Below, piece by piece: positions 40,200-53,671 of a stretch of DNA of 64,000 nucleotides; position 1 is the first letter of the stretch; each line of letters starts with the position of its first letter. A program made the translations under genes and the position numbers. This DNA is from the human T2T-CHM13v2.0 reference genome, Homo sapiens. Under the pieces are notes generated by a model. The model was given only the letters and a program-made list of their open reading frames with translations, was not told the origin of the DNA and made no database searches. Location: NCBI RefSeq assembly GCF_009914755.1, contig NC_060940.1, one strand, 5' to 3'.

Positions 40200-43100
40200 C
40201 AAAAATCTGCATGTATTCATTCACAGATACACACACATATTTCCTAGAGGCATGAATAGAATATACATAACCCTCTGTCTCCCATCACATGACACATAGA
40301 GCCAACGTAAAAGATATTCTTTTTTCTCTTTATTAAAATCATGACTAAATCCCTTACCAGTCAATGGATCTCCCAAAGTAGTCAGAACTCCAGAAGTCCA
40401 CTTGGGCAGCTTCTCCCCTGCACAATGAAATCTGTTGTCTCTTCAAAGAGTGTGAAAATCAAACGTCATTTGCAAGGCTTCTCAGGTCCATCAGAAGTGG
40501 AACTTCAGTTGTTAAGCCACATTATTTCTCTTGAATATCATAACTTTTTTTCCTAAAGCATTTAATTTGATTCAACCCCAAGGGATTGTTTTTCAGAAAT
40601 GCCAGGAATCTGCTGAGCTCTCTGTACTCTGGGCGAAATTTCAGTCCTGTTGTTAATGTGGTACCTTGTCTCCCTCCTCTGTCTGAGCTGGGAACAGGAA
40701 GAAACCTTACATCACCATAGTAATCTCATAATAAGATTGTACTTTTTTCTGCACATTACATCTCAAGGGATCATTGTCATTTGTTTCCCGCAAATGACAA
40801 TCTAGCTTCTCCGGGCCCCCTAGTTGCTCGGTGAGAAATGTTACCGAACAGCTTGTCTCTGATGATGTTTTATAATTGTAGCAGAAATCCAACGTTAGTA
40901 GAGCTGTCTGACTGAAGAGGTGCATGAGCTCTTGTGTATCCACAACTCTACCCCAATGGCTCAAAAATATGCCTGATGTTTATTCATTCTGATATTTCGT
41001 ATATGTACATAAAAATAAGTATCGATTTTGATGATGCATAAATGTGAGACTATCACAGTCTCCATGGAAAAAGCTCATCCTGTTTATTCTCCAATAGACA
41101 TTCTATAGCTCTATGCTGTCATAATTTTTAAGTACCCTTTCCTTTTTTTCTGAAATATCCCTCCCTTTGTCTCCACTTATCCAAATGCACCCTTCAGTTG
41201 CTTTCTGAGACCACTCCAGCTTACAATGATTTCACCCTCCAATGGCATTTGACTTTACCTTCCATTTGGGAATCACTCATGAGCTTTCTTGTGACACTGC
41301 CTGTGTTCTTCACAGAAGCTGTTTAAACTGTTCACATTTTTTGTCAAGGTCCTGACCCTAGCTTTAACTTTATCCTGACTTAGAGGAAAATGGACTCTTA
41401 GAGGAAAAAATCCAAATGATTAAGAGGGCTGAGAATTCTCCCTTCTTCCCCTCCACTCCCTTTATCCACCACTCATCCCCAACCACACTGTTGGATGTTA
41501 TTTATCTCTGTGGAAGCCCCAAACAATGGCTTACATTAACTACAGAGTTCTTAAGGGTATTGAAAAATATTCCATGAATTATCAGGGGCTAAGCAAAGCA
41601 GGAAAGGGATGGTGGTCAATTAATGACAAAGATAGTGATAGAAGACATTAACCTGTTTCACGATCATAGCTTTACCTGACTTAGATAAACCATAAAAATA
41701 ACTCCCTGTGTGACTGTCCATGGTTCCTGAAAGCTCTGCCGCCATAGACAATTTATCACCTGATTGCCTTGGCCTTTAACTCTCTAACTGCAACTACCAT
41801 TGATTCTATTCGTGTGGTTTGACCCCTAATTTAGCCTGACTTCAACTAAAATGTCTTCTGAACAATCTGTTTCCCAGATCAGCAGTCTTGGGAAGCAACA
41901 GTGAATAAAAGTATGGAAGCTGGATCAGACTGCCTGGGTTGGAAGCCCAGCTTTACCATACGAAGAAAGCTACTTAATGCCATCTGTCATCTGGGAATAG
42001 TAGTACTATGTACTTCATGGGGTTGTTTAAGGAATTAAATGAGAAAGTCTATATAAAGAGCTTAGTGCAGTCCCCGACACATAGTTAAGTTCCCAATAAA
42101 TTTAGCTTTTTATCATAATGATGGTATCTTGGATCCCTAACTACATGTAAGGTATTTAAAGAACGATACTGAATCTTATCCTTCATTACCCTCTGTATGC
42201 ATATAGAATATAAGGATGGGTGAAAGCTTTGAAGTAATTCAGAATGGATCCAAATTTTGGCTTCACAGCATAGTAGCTGTGTGATATTAAGCAATTTACT
42301 TAACCCTCCTGAACCTCCCTTTCCTAATTTATAAAGTGGATTAAATTATATCCATTTGTTAGAGCTTTAAATATTCTAGAAGATACATGTAGACACCTGG
42401 ATTAAAATAGGTGTGCAATAAATAGTGATCATTGTGTTTATGGCTATGAATTTGAAATGAATGCAAAAAGTTATTATTTCTGATCATCTATCACAATCTG
42501 TGAGAGTCAGGAGTGCATATTAAGGATGAGCAGTGCAGATTCGATGCTTCCTTTTGGGAGGTCCATTTCTCTGGAAGAGCTTGATGACATTGCTTTGTAT
42601 GGTGGATCAATTGTTTAAGTCTGCTAGGGCCTTATTTATCAACTCAATTTCTTTACAGAGAAGAATAATTTCATACGGAGGAATTGTGATCATACCTCTG
42701 CACACATTAATATGGCTGTGTAACCTGGGTAACAGGTCAAAATGGGACTCAGTAATGACTATACATTATTCTGCATGGGAAAAAAATATTTCTAATTGTG
42801 AATCTGGTGCTATCATTCAATGTATTCAGTGTATTCAATGCCCAGAGTGTTGAATGTAAGTACTTGAGTCAGATTCCTGTTAACTGACATAGTTTTAGAG
42901 AAATGTGGAGACTGTCAAAAATGCATTTGTAGATTATATCTCTGGAAATCATTCCGATACTAATAAATCCCATCTGAGGCACCTCCACTAGCAGACAGTT
43001 CTTTGGAGGTTAAAGGAAGAATTGTCCATTACACTTCATAGTTCCAACTGTGTGTTAATTAGGACCAGACGGGAAATGGCAAAATAAATGAGGACAGCAA

Positions 43101-43523
43101 GACATGTCTTCTAGGTACACTATATGCCAAGTAAAAATCCTCTTAAAAATGCCTCCTTTAGCACGCAGTGTTATTTTCCCATCTAGGGCACACCCCTCCA
43201 TTTATCAAGCATGATCTAAAGGATAGACTTCAGATGTGTCTTCAAAGGAGGAAAGCCTCAGACAGAGTCCCTGCTAGTCACTCTGCTCCCATGAAAATAA
43301 TTAATCTGTGGGAAACATGGCACCACTCTACGCTCTGCTCCTAGGATCCTTACCCAAGCATGAGTAGGACTTGCAAACCTAAGGTTCCAAATGCCTAAGA
43401 TACAGAAAGTTAAAAGTGACCATATTGAAAAGTTGTTCCCCCGCAACCCAAATACCTTCTGCTGCTTCCACCACCCTGAGAGTATCTGTAAATGTCTCAG
43501 ACATGTTCTCAGAAGAAAATGCT

Positions 43524-43793
43524 GGCCAGGTACAATGGCTCACGCCTATAGTCCCAGCACTTTGGGAAGCCAAGGCAGGCAGATCACTTGAGCCAGGAGT
43601 CCAAGACTAGCCTGAGTGACATGATGAAATCTCGTCTCTATAAAAAATTTAAAAATTAGCCAGGTCTAGTAGTGTACACCAGTTGCAGCTACTTGGGAGG
43701 CTGAAGTGAAGGGAGTGCTTGAACTTGGGAGGTGGAGGTTGCAGTGAGCTACGATCACACCGCTCCACTGTATCCTGGGCCACACAGTAAGAT
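43524..43793 (+). mobile_element. AluJ whose tail is replaced by a purine repeat
   Basis: Dimer runs directly into the GAR repeats. Confidence 0.9.
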
Positions 43794-44077
43794 GAAGACG
43801 AAGTCGAAGGCGAAGACGGAGAAGGAGAAGGAGAGGGAGAGGGAGAGGGAGAGGGAGAGGAGGAAGAGGAAGAGGGAGAGGAAGAAGAAGAGGAAGAACA
43901 AGAGGAAGTGGAAGAGGAGGAAGAGGAAGAGGAGGAAGAAGAGGAAGGAGAGGAAGGAGAGGGAGGAGGAGGAGGAAAAGGAGAAGAAGAAGAAGAAGGA
44001 GGAGGAGGAGGAAGAGGAGGAGGAAGAGGAGGAAGAGGACAAGAACAAGAGGAAGGACAAGGAGGAGGAGGAGGAAA
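43794..44077. repeat. Approximately 285-bp polypurine (GAG/GAA/GAGAGG)n tract
   Basis: Almost purely A/G on the + strand. Confidence 0.97.
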
Positions 44078-45031
44078 TATTGGGCATGCAATCAACCAAT
44101 ATGTCACCAAATACCAAAATTTATTTCTAAGTTCCATGGTGGTTTGAGGAGATGCAGGAATTAAAGAAAATACAAAGGATCACAGGAATATGGTTAAGAG
44201 CATTAACCTGCAGTTAGACAAATCTAGGTTTATATCCTATCACCACCACAACCTGTCCATGTTGAGTTACTTATTTCTCTATAGCTCAGGCTCTTCCTCT
44301 GTAAATTGGGGATGATAATAATAGCACCTATGTTATAGAGTTGTAATGGACATTCAACTATACAATCCATATCAGGCGCCTGGCTCAGAGCCAGTAGATG
44401 TTAAGTAGTCAATAAGTTGTTTATATAAGCATTTTTTCGGTACATAATATTCATGATCTCATTTCATATCACAACACTATGAAGTAGGTATTATCTTTGT
44501 CATCTATTTTGATGGCAAGAAAACTGAGGTAAAAAGAAAAGGATTTTTTGGGTTTAACAGCTAGGATGTGGCCACGATTCAAGCCTAGGTCAGTCTGACT
44601 CAGACAACTTTAACTAATTTAATCAACCTTTAATGCAAAAAGCTAAAGCTCTTGGTATTCCCTGACCCCAGTTACACAACCCTCACTGATGGATATATTT
44701 GGCCACACCAACAAGCCAAGGGGAACACTGCTCTGGCCTCCAAGTTGCAAAATGGAACAATTATTAAAAATGTTTAAATTATACCCTACACAACTATATC
44801 ACCTTAGGGCACAAGTACAAAATTCAACCTATTTAACAGAAACACTTTCAGCTTCCTAAGATTGCAAATGTAAAATTTTCTCTGGAAACTTTGCAACCCC
44901 TTCATTGTACAGCTCTGAAAAGGGGGAAAAAGGGAGTTGCACTGACTGGGCATTTACTGTCAGGTGATGTGCCAAGTGCTTTATAAACCTTACCACTTCA
45001 TCCATCAACTAATACTAAGGGATAAAGATGA

Positions 45032-45657
45032 TAGTCGTGCACCGCAAAATGACATTTCCATCAACAACAGATTGCATAAATGACAGTGGTCCTATAAGAT
45101 TACAAAACCACATTTTATTATTATTATTATTATTATACTTTAAGTTCTGGGATACATGTGCACAACGTGCAGGTTTGTTACACATGTATACATGTTCCAT
45201 GTTGGTGTGCTGCACCCATTAACTCGTCATTTACATTAGGTATATCTCCTAATGCTATCCCTCCCCCCTCGCCCCACCCCACGACAGTTCCCCGGGGTGT
45301 GATGTTCCCTGCCCTGTGTCCAAGTGTTCTCATTGTTCAGTTCCCACCTATGAGTGAAAACATGCGGTGTTTGGTTTTCTGTCCTTGTGATAGCAAAACC
45401 ACATTTTGACTGTACCTTTTCTATGTTTAGATACAAACATACTTACCATTGTGTTACAATTGCCTAGAATATTCAGTACAGTAACATGCTGTACACCTTT
45501 GTAGCCCAGGAGCCACAGGCTATGGCATACAGCCTAGGTGTGTAGAGGGCTACACCATCTAGGTTTGTGTAAGTGCACTCTAGGATGTTCCCACAACAAA
45601 ATCACCTAGGGACACATTTCTTAGAATGTATCCCCATTCTTAGATGACACATGACTG
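45032..45657 (-). mobile_element. Tigger3a/MER7-like MITE split by L1PA
   Basis: TIR ...gacacatgactg followed by TA; ccatctaggtttgtgtaagtgcactct. Confidence 0.85.
45117..45393 (-). mobile_element. Young-ish L1PA 3' end, 5'-truncated
   Basis: Perfect 14-bp TSD CAAAACCACATTTT at 45103-45116 and 45394-45407; (TTA)n tail. Confidence 0.93.
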
Positions 45658-47283
45658 TATTTGCCTGTTTCACTGGGAGTAAACTGGGAGGATCAGAGAG
45701 TTTAGGTAGCTTGCCAAAGGTCACTCAGAGGAAAATGGGCATTAAAATGCAGGTTTTTCTAAACCCAGTAGCACCTCAGGGCACCATTCATATAGGCTGT
45801 GATGAGATTTGTGCCGCTGGAGATGTCCCAAAAGCTTTTTTCAATATACCACGCTGGACTCTCCCGGAGCTCGCGTGCCTTAAAAAAAATTAAATTAACA
45901 AATCAATGGCATTGGTGCCAGCATGGAGACTTGGGTGTGCATGAAGTCCCAGAAAAAGAAATTCCTTCTCAGAAACACTGTCTTTCCTACATGTCTCCTG
46001 CTCTCGTTAACAATTCTGGGTAAAGGAGAAGTTTCTTTCTTCTCTTACTAAGCAATCTACTCTTCTCTGTAACTCCTATGTCCTCACCCTTCCTGAGCCT
46101 TGATAGAGTGCAAAATTCTCTTCCCCTGTGATCTTTATGTCCTAAGGTTGAATTATTGAAAAAAGGTGTGCTGTGTGAAAAGTTATACTTAAGGCTTTGC
46201 CAATGCAAAGGGCCAACAGAGCCCACCTTGTAGGACGATACCTTTTGCTAGAGCTATGGAACTGTGGCAAAATTGCCATCAAACAAATTACACCATACCA
46301 TAGAAAGATGTATCAGCACTTTTTGAATAAAACTACTTTCTTGTAGCTTAGTAACTTAGCTCTAAAAATTTGTTCTGGAATACAACCTGACTTGCAAATA
46401 CTATTTTTAAATTATACATCCTTTAAGAGCACTAATCTGTCTTTCCTACCATTTGCCAAACTAAATCGCTTTCCATTTTTAATTAAAGCAATTTTACTTT
46501 TTATATAATGCGGAGCTGACCTCTCCTATATTGGAAATTTGCAAGAACACTTTTAGGAAAAAAAAAATTAAACTATCAGTTATATAGAGTTCCATTTCCA
46601 CCTGGGAAGTAGAAAGCTGGAAAAAGCTTTACTCTACTCCCAACCTAACAAAAAAAAGGCAGATAAACTTCAAAATCATAACTTTCAAAAGTCGAGGTCA
46701 CAGAGAAACCTCAACTCCTGAACTCCAAAGAAACTTCAAAGAAAGGCTCCTCCAAGGAAAGACAGATTTAGGCACTGGATCACATGTGCAAAGCACAGGA
46801 GGAAGAGACATTGGGCACCATGTAAGTGGACAAGAAGAAGGTAGTTAAAACTTTTAACAAATTGCTAACAGCCAAGTATGGGCTAGCATGAGCAAAGTCA
46901 AGTATGGGCTAGCATAAGCAAGTATGGACTAGCATGAAATTATAGAAATGTTATGATTAACAGACACAAGGAGAGCTTGCACATATACACAGCCTCTTCT
47001 CCACAGACCTCCCACAGTGGGTGTTTGGGAGAAAGATCAGAAGCAGGGGAAGGTACTGGAGAGAGCATCCCTGGGTGGTGCAGTCCTAGAGCATTACTGG
47101 AGTCAATGCAAGAACTCCCATCCAGAACCTTCTCCCCAACAGAACAAAAACCTTAAGACTATTAGAGTAGGGCAGCAAATTCAGGCCATGGGTGAAGATC
47201 CACTGAAGCTGGGGAAAGGAAAAACAAAAAATACCCTCTACTCCTGGGTGAGGGGCATGAAACAGTTACATAACAATAAAGGG

Positions 47284-47577
47284 GGCCAGGCGCCGTGGCT
47301 CACGCCTGTAATTGCAGCACTTTGGGAGGTGGGCAGATCACGAGATCAGGAGTTCGAGACCAGCCTGACTAACATGGTGAAACCTCGTCTCTACTAAAAC
47401 TACAAAAATTAGCTGGGCGTGGTGGCATGTGCCGGTATTCCCAGCTACTCAGGAGGCTGAGGCAGGAGAATCGTTTCAACCCAGGAGGCAGAGGTTGCAG
47501 TGAACCGAGATCACGCCACTGCACTCCAGCCTGGGGTGACAGAGCGAGACCCCACCTCAAAAAAATAAATAAATAAA
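47284..47577 (+). mobile_element. AluS
   Basis: Dimer with small deletion; (AAAT)n tail; flanking AATAAAGGG. Confidence 0.92.
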
Positions 47578-47955
47578 GGGATCAATTTACCAACACAACA
47601 ATCCTAAATGTGTATGTACATAATAAAAGAATTTTAAGATTTAAAGGAAAAGCTGAGAGAAGTGAAAGGAGAAATAAGCAAATCCACAAATACAAGTGGA
47701 GACAAAACCACTCCTCTCTCAATAATTGATAGGGCAAATAGGAGGAAAATAAGTAAGGATATAGAAGACTTAAATACTACCAACCAACTTGACCTAGTTG
47801 ACATTTACAAGACACTCCACTCGACAACAGAATACATACACATTTTATTCTCAAGTGCACACAGAACATTTCCCAAGATAGACCATATTCTGCATTCAAA
47901 TATACAAAGACTTTTCCAGAAAATAGGAAAGTAGCAAAGACTTTTCAGCTCACTC

Positions 47956-48254
47956 TTTTTTTTTTTTTTTTCCTGAGACAGAGTCTCACTCTGTCACCCA
48001 GGCTGGAGTACAGTGGCATGATCTCAGCTCACTGCAACCTCCACCTCCCAGGTTCAAGCAATTCTCATGCCTCAGCCTCCCAGTAGCTGGGATTACAGGT
48101 GCGTGCCACCACTCCCAACTAATTTTTGTATTTTTAGTAGAGATGGGGTTTTGCCATGTTGTCCAGGCTGGTTTCAAACTCCTGGCCTCAAGTGATTTGC
48201 CTGCTTCAGCCTCCCAAAGTGCTGCAATTACAGGCATGAGCCACCACGCCTGGC
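47956..48254 (-). mobile_element. AluSx-like
   Basis: Full dimer; TSD-like TTCAGCYCAYTC. Confidence 0.92.
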
Positions 48255-48302
48255 CTTCAGCCCATTCTTTAGGACTGCATTATCCTAATACCAAACCAGA
48301 CA

Positions 48303-48442
48303 AAGAAATGAAAGAAATGCAAAAGGAAGCAAGCAAACAAGGAAGCAAGCAAGACAGACAGACAGAAAGAAGGAAAGAGAGAAAGAAGAAAGAAAGAAAG
48401 AGAGAGAAAGAAAGAAAGAAAGAGAGAAAGAAAGAGAGAGAG

Positions 48443-48493
<51 letters not shown>

Positions 48494-48494
48494 G
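48303..48494. repeat. Compound (GAAA)n STR with 12 uninterrupted units at 48444-48491
   Basis: Counted directly. Confidence 0.95.
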
Positions 48495-48499
48495 TCCAA

Positions 48500-48710
48500 A
48501 ATCGGTTGTCCAATAGAGCTTTCTGCTATGATGAAAATTTCTACACTATCCAATATGATAGCCATTAGCTACATTTTAAGCAGTCCTTAAAATGTGGCTG
48601 ATGTGACTGATAAAATGAGTTCATAATTTTATATCATAATTTAATCCATTTAAATTTAAGTTGACATAGTACATGTGGCTAAGGGTTACCATATTGTGTG
48701 GTACAGCTAT
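48500..48710. mobile_element. MER3-like hAT MITE
   Basis: tgtccaatagagctttctgctatgatgaaaat...acatgtggctaagggttaccatattg. Confidence 0.8.
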
Positions 48711-49502
48711 TGACCAATGCACCTAACGAGCATAGATACAAATACACTAAAAAATATGAGCAAATGCTATCTGGCAATATATAAGAAGAATAAAGCATCA
48801 TGACTAAATTAGGTTTATCCTAAGAATGCCAAGTTGGTTCAACACTTAAATTCAATCAACGTATTTTCCCGTATCAGCAGACTAGAGGGAAAACCATATG
48901 ATCCCATCAAGAGATTCAGAAAAAAAAACTATCCAAAAAATTCACTATCTATTCACAATAAGATCTCATAGCAACCTAGGAATTAAATGTAATTTCTTCA
49001 ACCTGTTAAAGGACATCTGCAAAAACTGCACGTAATATGCTTAATGGTGAAGTCTGAACACTCTCCCCCTAAGATCAGGAACAAGGCAAGGATATCCACT
49101 CTCATCAGGCTTAGTTAACATTGTGCTAGAGGTCCTAGCTAAAGCAATACAACAAGAAAAAGAAATAAAATGTATACAGATCCTCCCACAGGATAAATAA
49201 TGTCCAAATGACTCTCCTTCAGAACCTCTTCCTTAAAATGACATTAACCTTTGAATCAAAACTTCAGACAGTGGCCACTGAGTGAAATAAATGTAAAAAA
49301 ATTTTTTTAATTAAAAAATTTTAGAAACTTCAAACTAAATCTTCTGGCTCAAGTTCTACAAATCAAATAGAATCTTACTCTCTTCTTTGCCCCCAAATGA
49401 TTGTTTTTAACATCTCCCTTGCCTTCTGCTTAGAGACCTGAGCTACCATATATCTTCATTTCTTATGCAAAAAAAGTACTTCAGGGTGATTTTCTATTAT
49501 TA

Positions 49503-49770
49503 ATTTTTTTTACTCATACATACTAGATGTACGTATTTTGGGGGTACACGTGATAATTTAATACACTCATATTGTTTGTAAAAATCAAATCAGTGTAATT
49601 AGGATATCCATCACCCTAAATATTTGTCTTTTATGCTAGAAATGTTCAAATTATTCTCTTTCAGCTGTTTTAAAAGTACACAATAGATTATTATAAACTA
49701 TAGTCATGCTACTGATCTAACAAATACTAAGTCTTATTTCTTCTATCAAACTATATATTCATACCCAACT
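49503..49770 (-). mobile_element. L1MA 3' end
   Basis: aatcaaatcagtgtaattaggatatccatcacc. Confidence 0.82.
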
Positions 49771-51676
49771 TGGTTTTCTTGTTTGTTGATTTGTTTATTT
49801 CTACAGGCCCCAAGTTCAGACTAGAATATAATATGGAAAGGGTTATGGTTCTTAGGTTTTACGTGCAAACACAAATGATTCATTCAAGGAATGCTTCCAA
49901 GAGAAACCAATAAAAGGGGAAGCAAGACAAAGAAGGAGAGAAAGCCAAACAGGGGCGCAGTTCCAGGCAGAATCCCATAAAGGAAAGTTCAAGCCCCTGG
50001 AGCTTAAGGCAATTCTGAAGTTAAGTTGTACCTCTGAGTTGTCCCAAGCCAGGGCAAGGGAGATGAGTCTTCAAACATGCAGCCTATGGTTTATGGCTAC
50101 TCTCACAAAGCCTATACATTCCCAGGCACTTCCTTTGTTAGACTTCAATAACCCAAGACAGTCTTCCAAAAAAAGAGCTCCAGATGTGAGCTCTTGAAAG
50201 TAAAAACAAACCAAAAGCCAGTGGTCACACAAAAAATGGAATCCACGTACACCTGGGCAGAGCATCAACTTCATTCATCTCATACCCATTTACTGAGCAT
50301 CTACTTGGAACCAAATCTCCTGCTAGGCTCTTTACAAACATCGTCTCATTTAGTCTTCATAACAACACTGACAGATCTATATTGGTTTTTTGTATTCTTA
50401 TTTAATCCTGACAGCAACACCCTATGAAGTAGTTCTTACTAGTTCCATTTTAAAGATTGTAACATTGAGGTTCTGAGAGGTTAAGTAACTTTTTCAAGAT
50501 CACATAACTAATAAGTGGCAGGGGTGGGCTTTAAACCGGGGTCTATCTGGCCTCTGCCAAGTTTGATCCTGCTTTTTCCTTTTATGTGTCATGTCTCTCT
50601 TCCTCTTCTCTCACACATTACTCCCATTAAGTACTGAAGTCCCTCCTGCTTCCCAAGCCTATGCCTGTAATTCCATAAGCAGTTTCTCCTATTTAGACTG
50701 TTTTCACTGTTCACACTCTGGACCCCTATCTAAACTTACCTTCTCATGTCCCAGGAATCTGTCAATTCCCTACGCTCTGCTGGATGTCTGGTTGGAAAGG
50801 ACTTTATTGATAAAATTCCAGCCAGGAATTAATAATTGGAGATGGAAGGATAGAATTTGTCTTAACTCAGATGAGTGGATTTCTATCTATTCTCAAGAAT
50901 CCAAATGGGAAACTCATTAAGAATTGGAATCTGATTTGACCATATGCAATAAGCAAGGGATTTGAAGAGAGTGGTCTTTGAAAAGAGTTTTTATAGAACA
51001 TCCAAGAATTTTCTCCATAACTGTAGCATTCCCTTACCCAATTCCTCAAAGAGTTTTCTCTCACTCTCTTGGCTCCCTAGACACAGCCAGAAGAAAGGTC
51101 TCCAATTTCTCCAGTGGAGTGGCCCAGCACTTTCTCCTCATCTCCTCCCTGGATGACAAACCCTAAACAATGAACAAAGCATATTAAATTAGCAAGCAGT
51201 TTTCTTCATGCCTTAAGTGTGAGCAGTAGAGAAACTTCTTCCACCAGACATGGCCCCAGGCATATGGAACTAAGCCAAACAGAGAGTGGAAAGCCTGCCT
51301 GCCATACTGTGTTGGGGACAGGAGTGGCCAGGTAGAGGGAAGAAACACAACTACCTCTAAGAGCTTGCCTGGACAGTGGCTTAAAAATGGCAGTAAAAAG
51401 AAAATAGCATTTTTGTGAGGTGGAAAAAGCTGAGATAAAATAATCAGAGAATATCTCCACAAATAAAAATAGCTAGCAATCATTGAGCACCTACTGTGTG
51501 CCACGTGCTTTTTATTATTTGTATTAGATATAGTCTTTTATTTATATGTCATCTTAATCTTCACATATCCCTATAAAATAAGTATGCTGTAATTCTGATG
51601 TTACAGATAAGGAAAGCAAGGCTCAGACAGACTGAGTACTTTGCCCAAGGTCACACAGTGTATAGAAATTATGAGG

Positions 51677-52033
<357 letters not shown>

Positions 52034-52151
52034 TCAGGCTCTAAAGCCACACTCTTTATTACAATGAATAATAGCACAGTGGTAATGTACCCAGCCTCTG
52101 AGGTCAAACTGTCTTCAAACCTCAGCTATGCCACTTATTGGCTGTGCAACT

Positions 52152-53562
52152 CTATTAGTTTATTAGGGCTTCTGCAACCAAGTACTGTAAACTGGGTGAC
52201 TTTAAACAACAGAAATTTCTTACCACACAGTTCTGGAAGCCAGAAGTCCAAAATCAATGTGCGATGGCAGGGTTGGTTCCTTCTGAGAGCTACGAGACAG
52301 AATCTGTTCCATGCATCTTGCCTGGTTTCTGGTGGTTTGCTGGCCACCTTTGGCATTCCTTGGCTTAATGAAGCATCTCTGCCTTCACCTTCACATAGAG
52401 TTCTCCCCGCATGCATCTCTGTGACCAAATTTCAATTTCCATTGTATTTTATTTATTTTTATTTTTTGAGATAGAGCCTCTGTCTGTCACCCAGGCTGGA
52501 GGTTGCAGTGGCATGATCTCGACTCACTGCAATCTCCGCCTCCTGAGTTCGAGAGATTCTCCTGCCTCAACCCCCCGAGTAGCTGGGACTACAGGAGTGT
52601 GCCACCATGCCCAGCTAATTTTTGTATTTTCAGTAGATACGGGGTTTCACTATGGTGGCCAGGCTAGTCTCGAACTCCTGACCTGAGGTGATCCGCCCGC
52701 CTCAGCCTCCCACTGGGCCTGGCCAAATTTTCATCTTTTTTAATAAGGACACAAGTCGTACTGAATTAGGGCCAACCCTAATGACCTCATCATAACTAGT
52801 TATAGCTGCAATTGATATAGGGGTTAAGAAAAAATTATTTAGACAGATAGTGAGGGCATAGGAGTCCTCAGTAAGGTTTTCGTTTTAATGAAAAGCAGCC
52901 CCCAAATCACTTTCTTTTCTAACAAAAAGCAGCCTTTAAAATCGAGCTGCAGACATAGACAAGCAAGCTAGAAGCTTGCACGGGTGAATGCTGGAAGTTC
53001 TGCCAATAAGAAAAGGCTACCTGGGACTAGGCATGTTCAAAATGACAGCTTCATGCTCCCTTCTCTTTGCCAGCCACGTGTATAGTAAGGAGCAGACAAC
53101 ATGGCGCCGCCCAAGTGGAAAGTCCATTTGCATAATAAGATTACGGTGGGGTGGCCAGCCTTCCCCAAGCGCTATGTAAATTTCACACCTGATCCAACCA
53201 ATCTGTGGGCCCTACGTAAATCAGACACCACTTCCTCAAGCGTGTCTATAAAATCCAGTGAACACCACAGCGGTTTTCTCTTTCCAGCACCCCTCTCTCT
53301 CGCGAGAGAGAGAGCTGTTCTCCTTTCCGTTTCTTTTGCCTATTAACCTTCCACTCCTAAACTCACTCCTTGTGTGTGTGTCTGTATGTTTAATTTTGGC
53401 GTGAGACGACTAACCTTGGGTATTACCCCAGACAGTGATGCTGCTTCACAATGATCCTGTTTCCAAATCGAGCCTCATTTGAAGGTATTGGAAGTCAGGA
53501 TTTCAACATACGAATTCATTGCAGGGTTTTGGAGGAAAGGGGCACATAATTCAATCTATAGT
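52152..53562 (-). mobile_element. MLT1B/C-like LTR split by AluS (52446-52724) and LTR9
   Basis: aaacaacagaaattt...cagttctggaagccagaagtccaaaatcaa; resumes after each insert. Confidence 0.8.
52813..53448 (+). mobile_element. LTR9-family (ERV1/HUERS-P3) solo LTR
   Basis: TG...CA termini; 4-bp TSD CAAT at 52809-52812 and 53449-53452; TATAAAA near 53247; octamer. Family name from recalled consensus. Confidence 0.78.
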
Positions 53563-53671
53563 AGTGAGCAATTACTTTTTCTCCCTATGTCTCATCGTAT
53601 TCATCTGTCAAGTAGGATTGTAATAGGATTGTGAGGGTTAAAGGAATTAACATGCATAAAGCGCCTAGAAC

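Larger units (their letters stand above)
46580..49180 (+). mobile_element. Fragmented old L1M (5' region, ORF2 endonuclease and RT remnants)
   Basis: ORF 47662-47934 (KISKDIEDLN...[11 protein letters not shown]...[15 protein letters not shown]) is L1 endonuclease; ccctaagatcaggaacaaggcaagg is RT region. The 5' part is less certain. Confidence 0.8.

Noticed and set aside
40760-40815. Possible pre-miRNA hairpin
   Set aside because: The stem is only 11-12 bp and does not extend.
40707-40964. Minus-strand 85-aa ORF with TACTAAC branch-like motif and GTAAGG donor
   Set aside because: No polypyrimidine tract before the AG and no recognisable protein; unsupported as an exon.
43649-44147. Long ORFs (up to 162 aa) rich in E/K/R/S/P/L on both strands
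   Set aside because: Translations of the polypurine repeat and the adjacent Alu; stop codons are absent for compositional reasons.
47662-47934. Endonuclease-like ORF
   Set aside because: Decayed L1 ORF2 remnant with indels; no intact RT or ORF1.
48143-48568. K/E/R-rich 141-aa ORF
   Set aside because: Alu plus (GAAA)n microsatellite.
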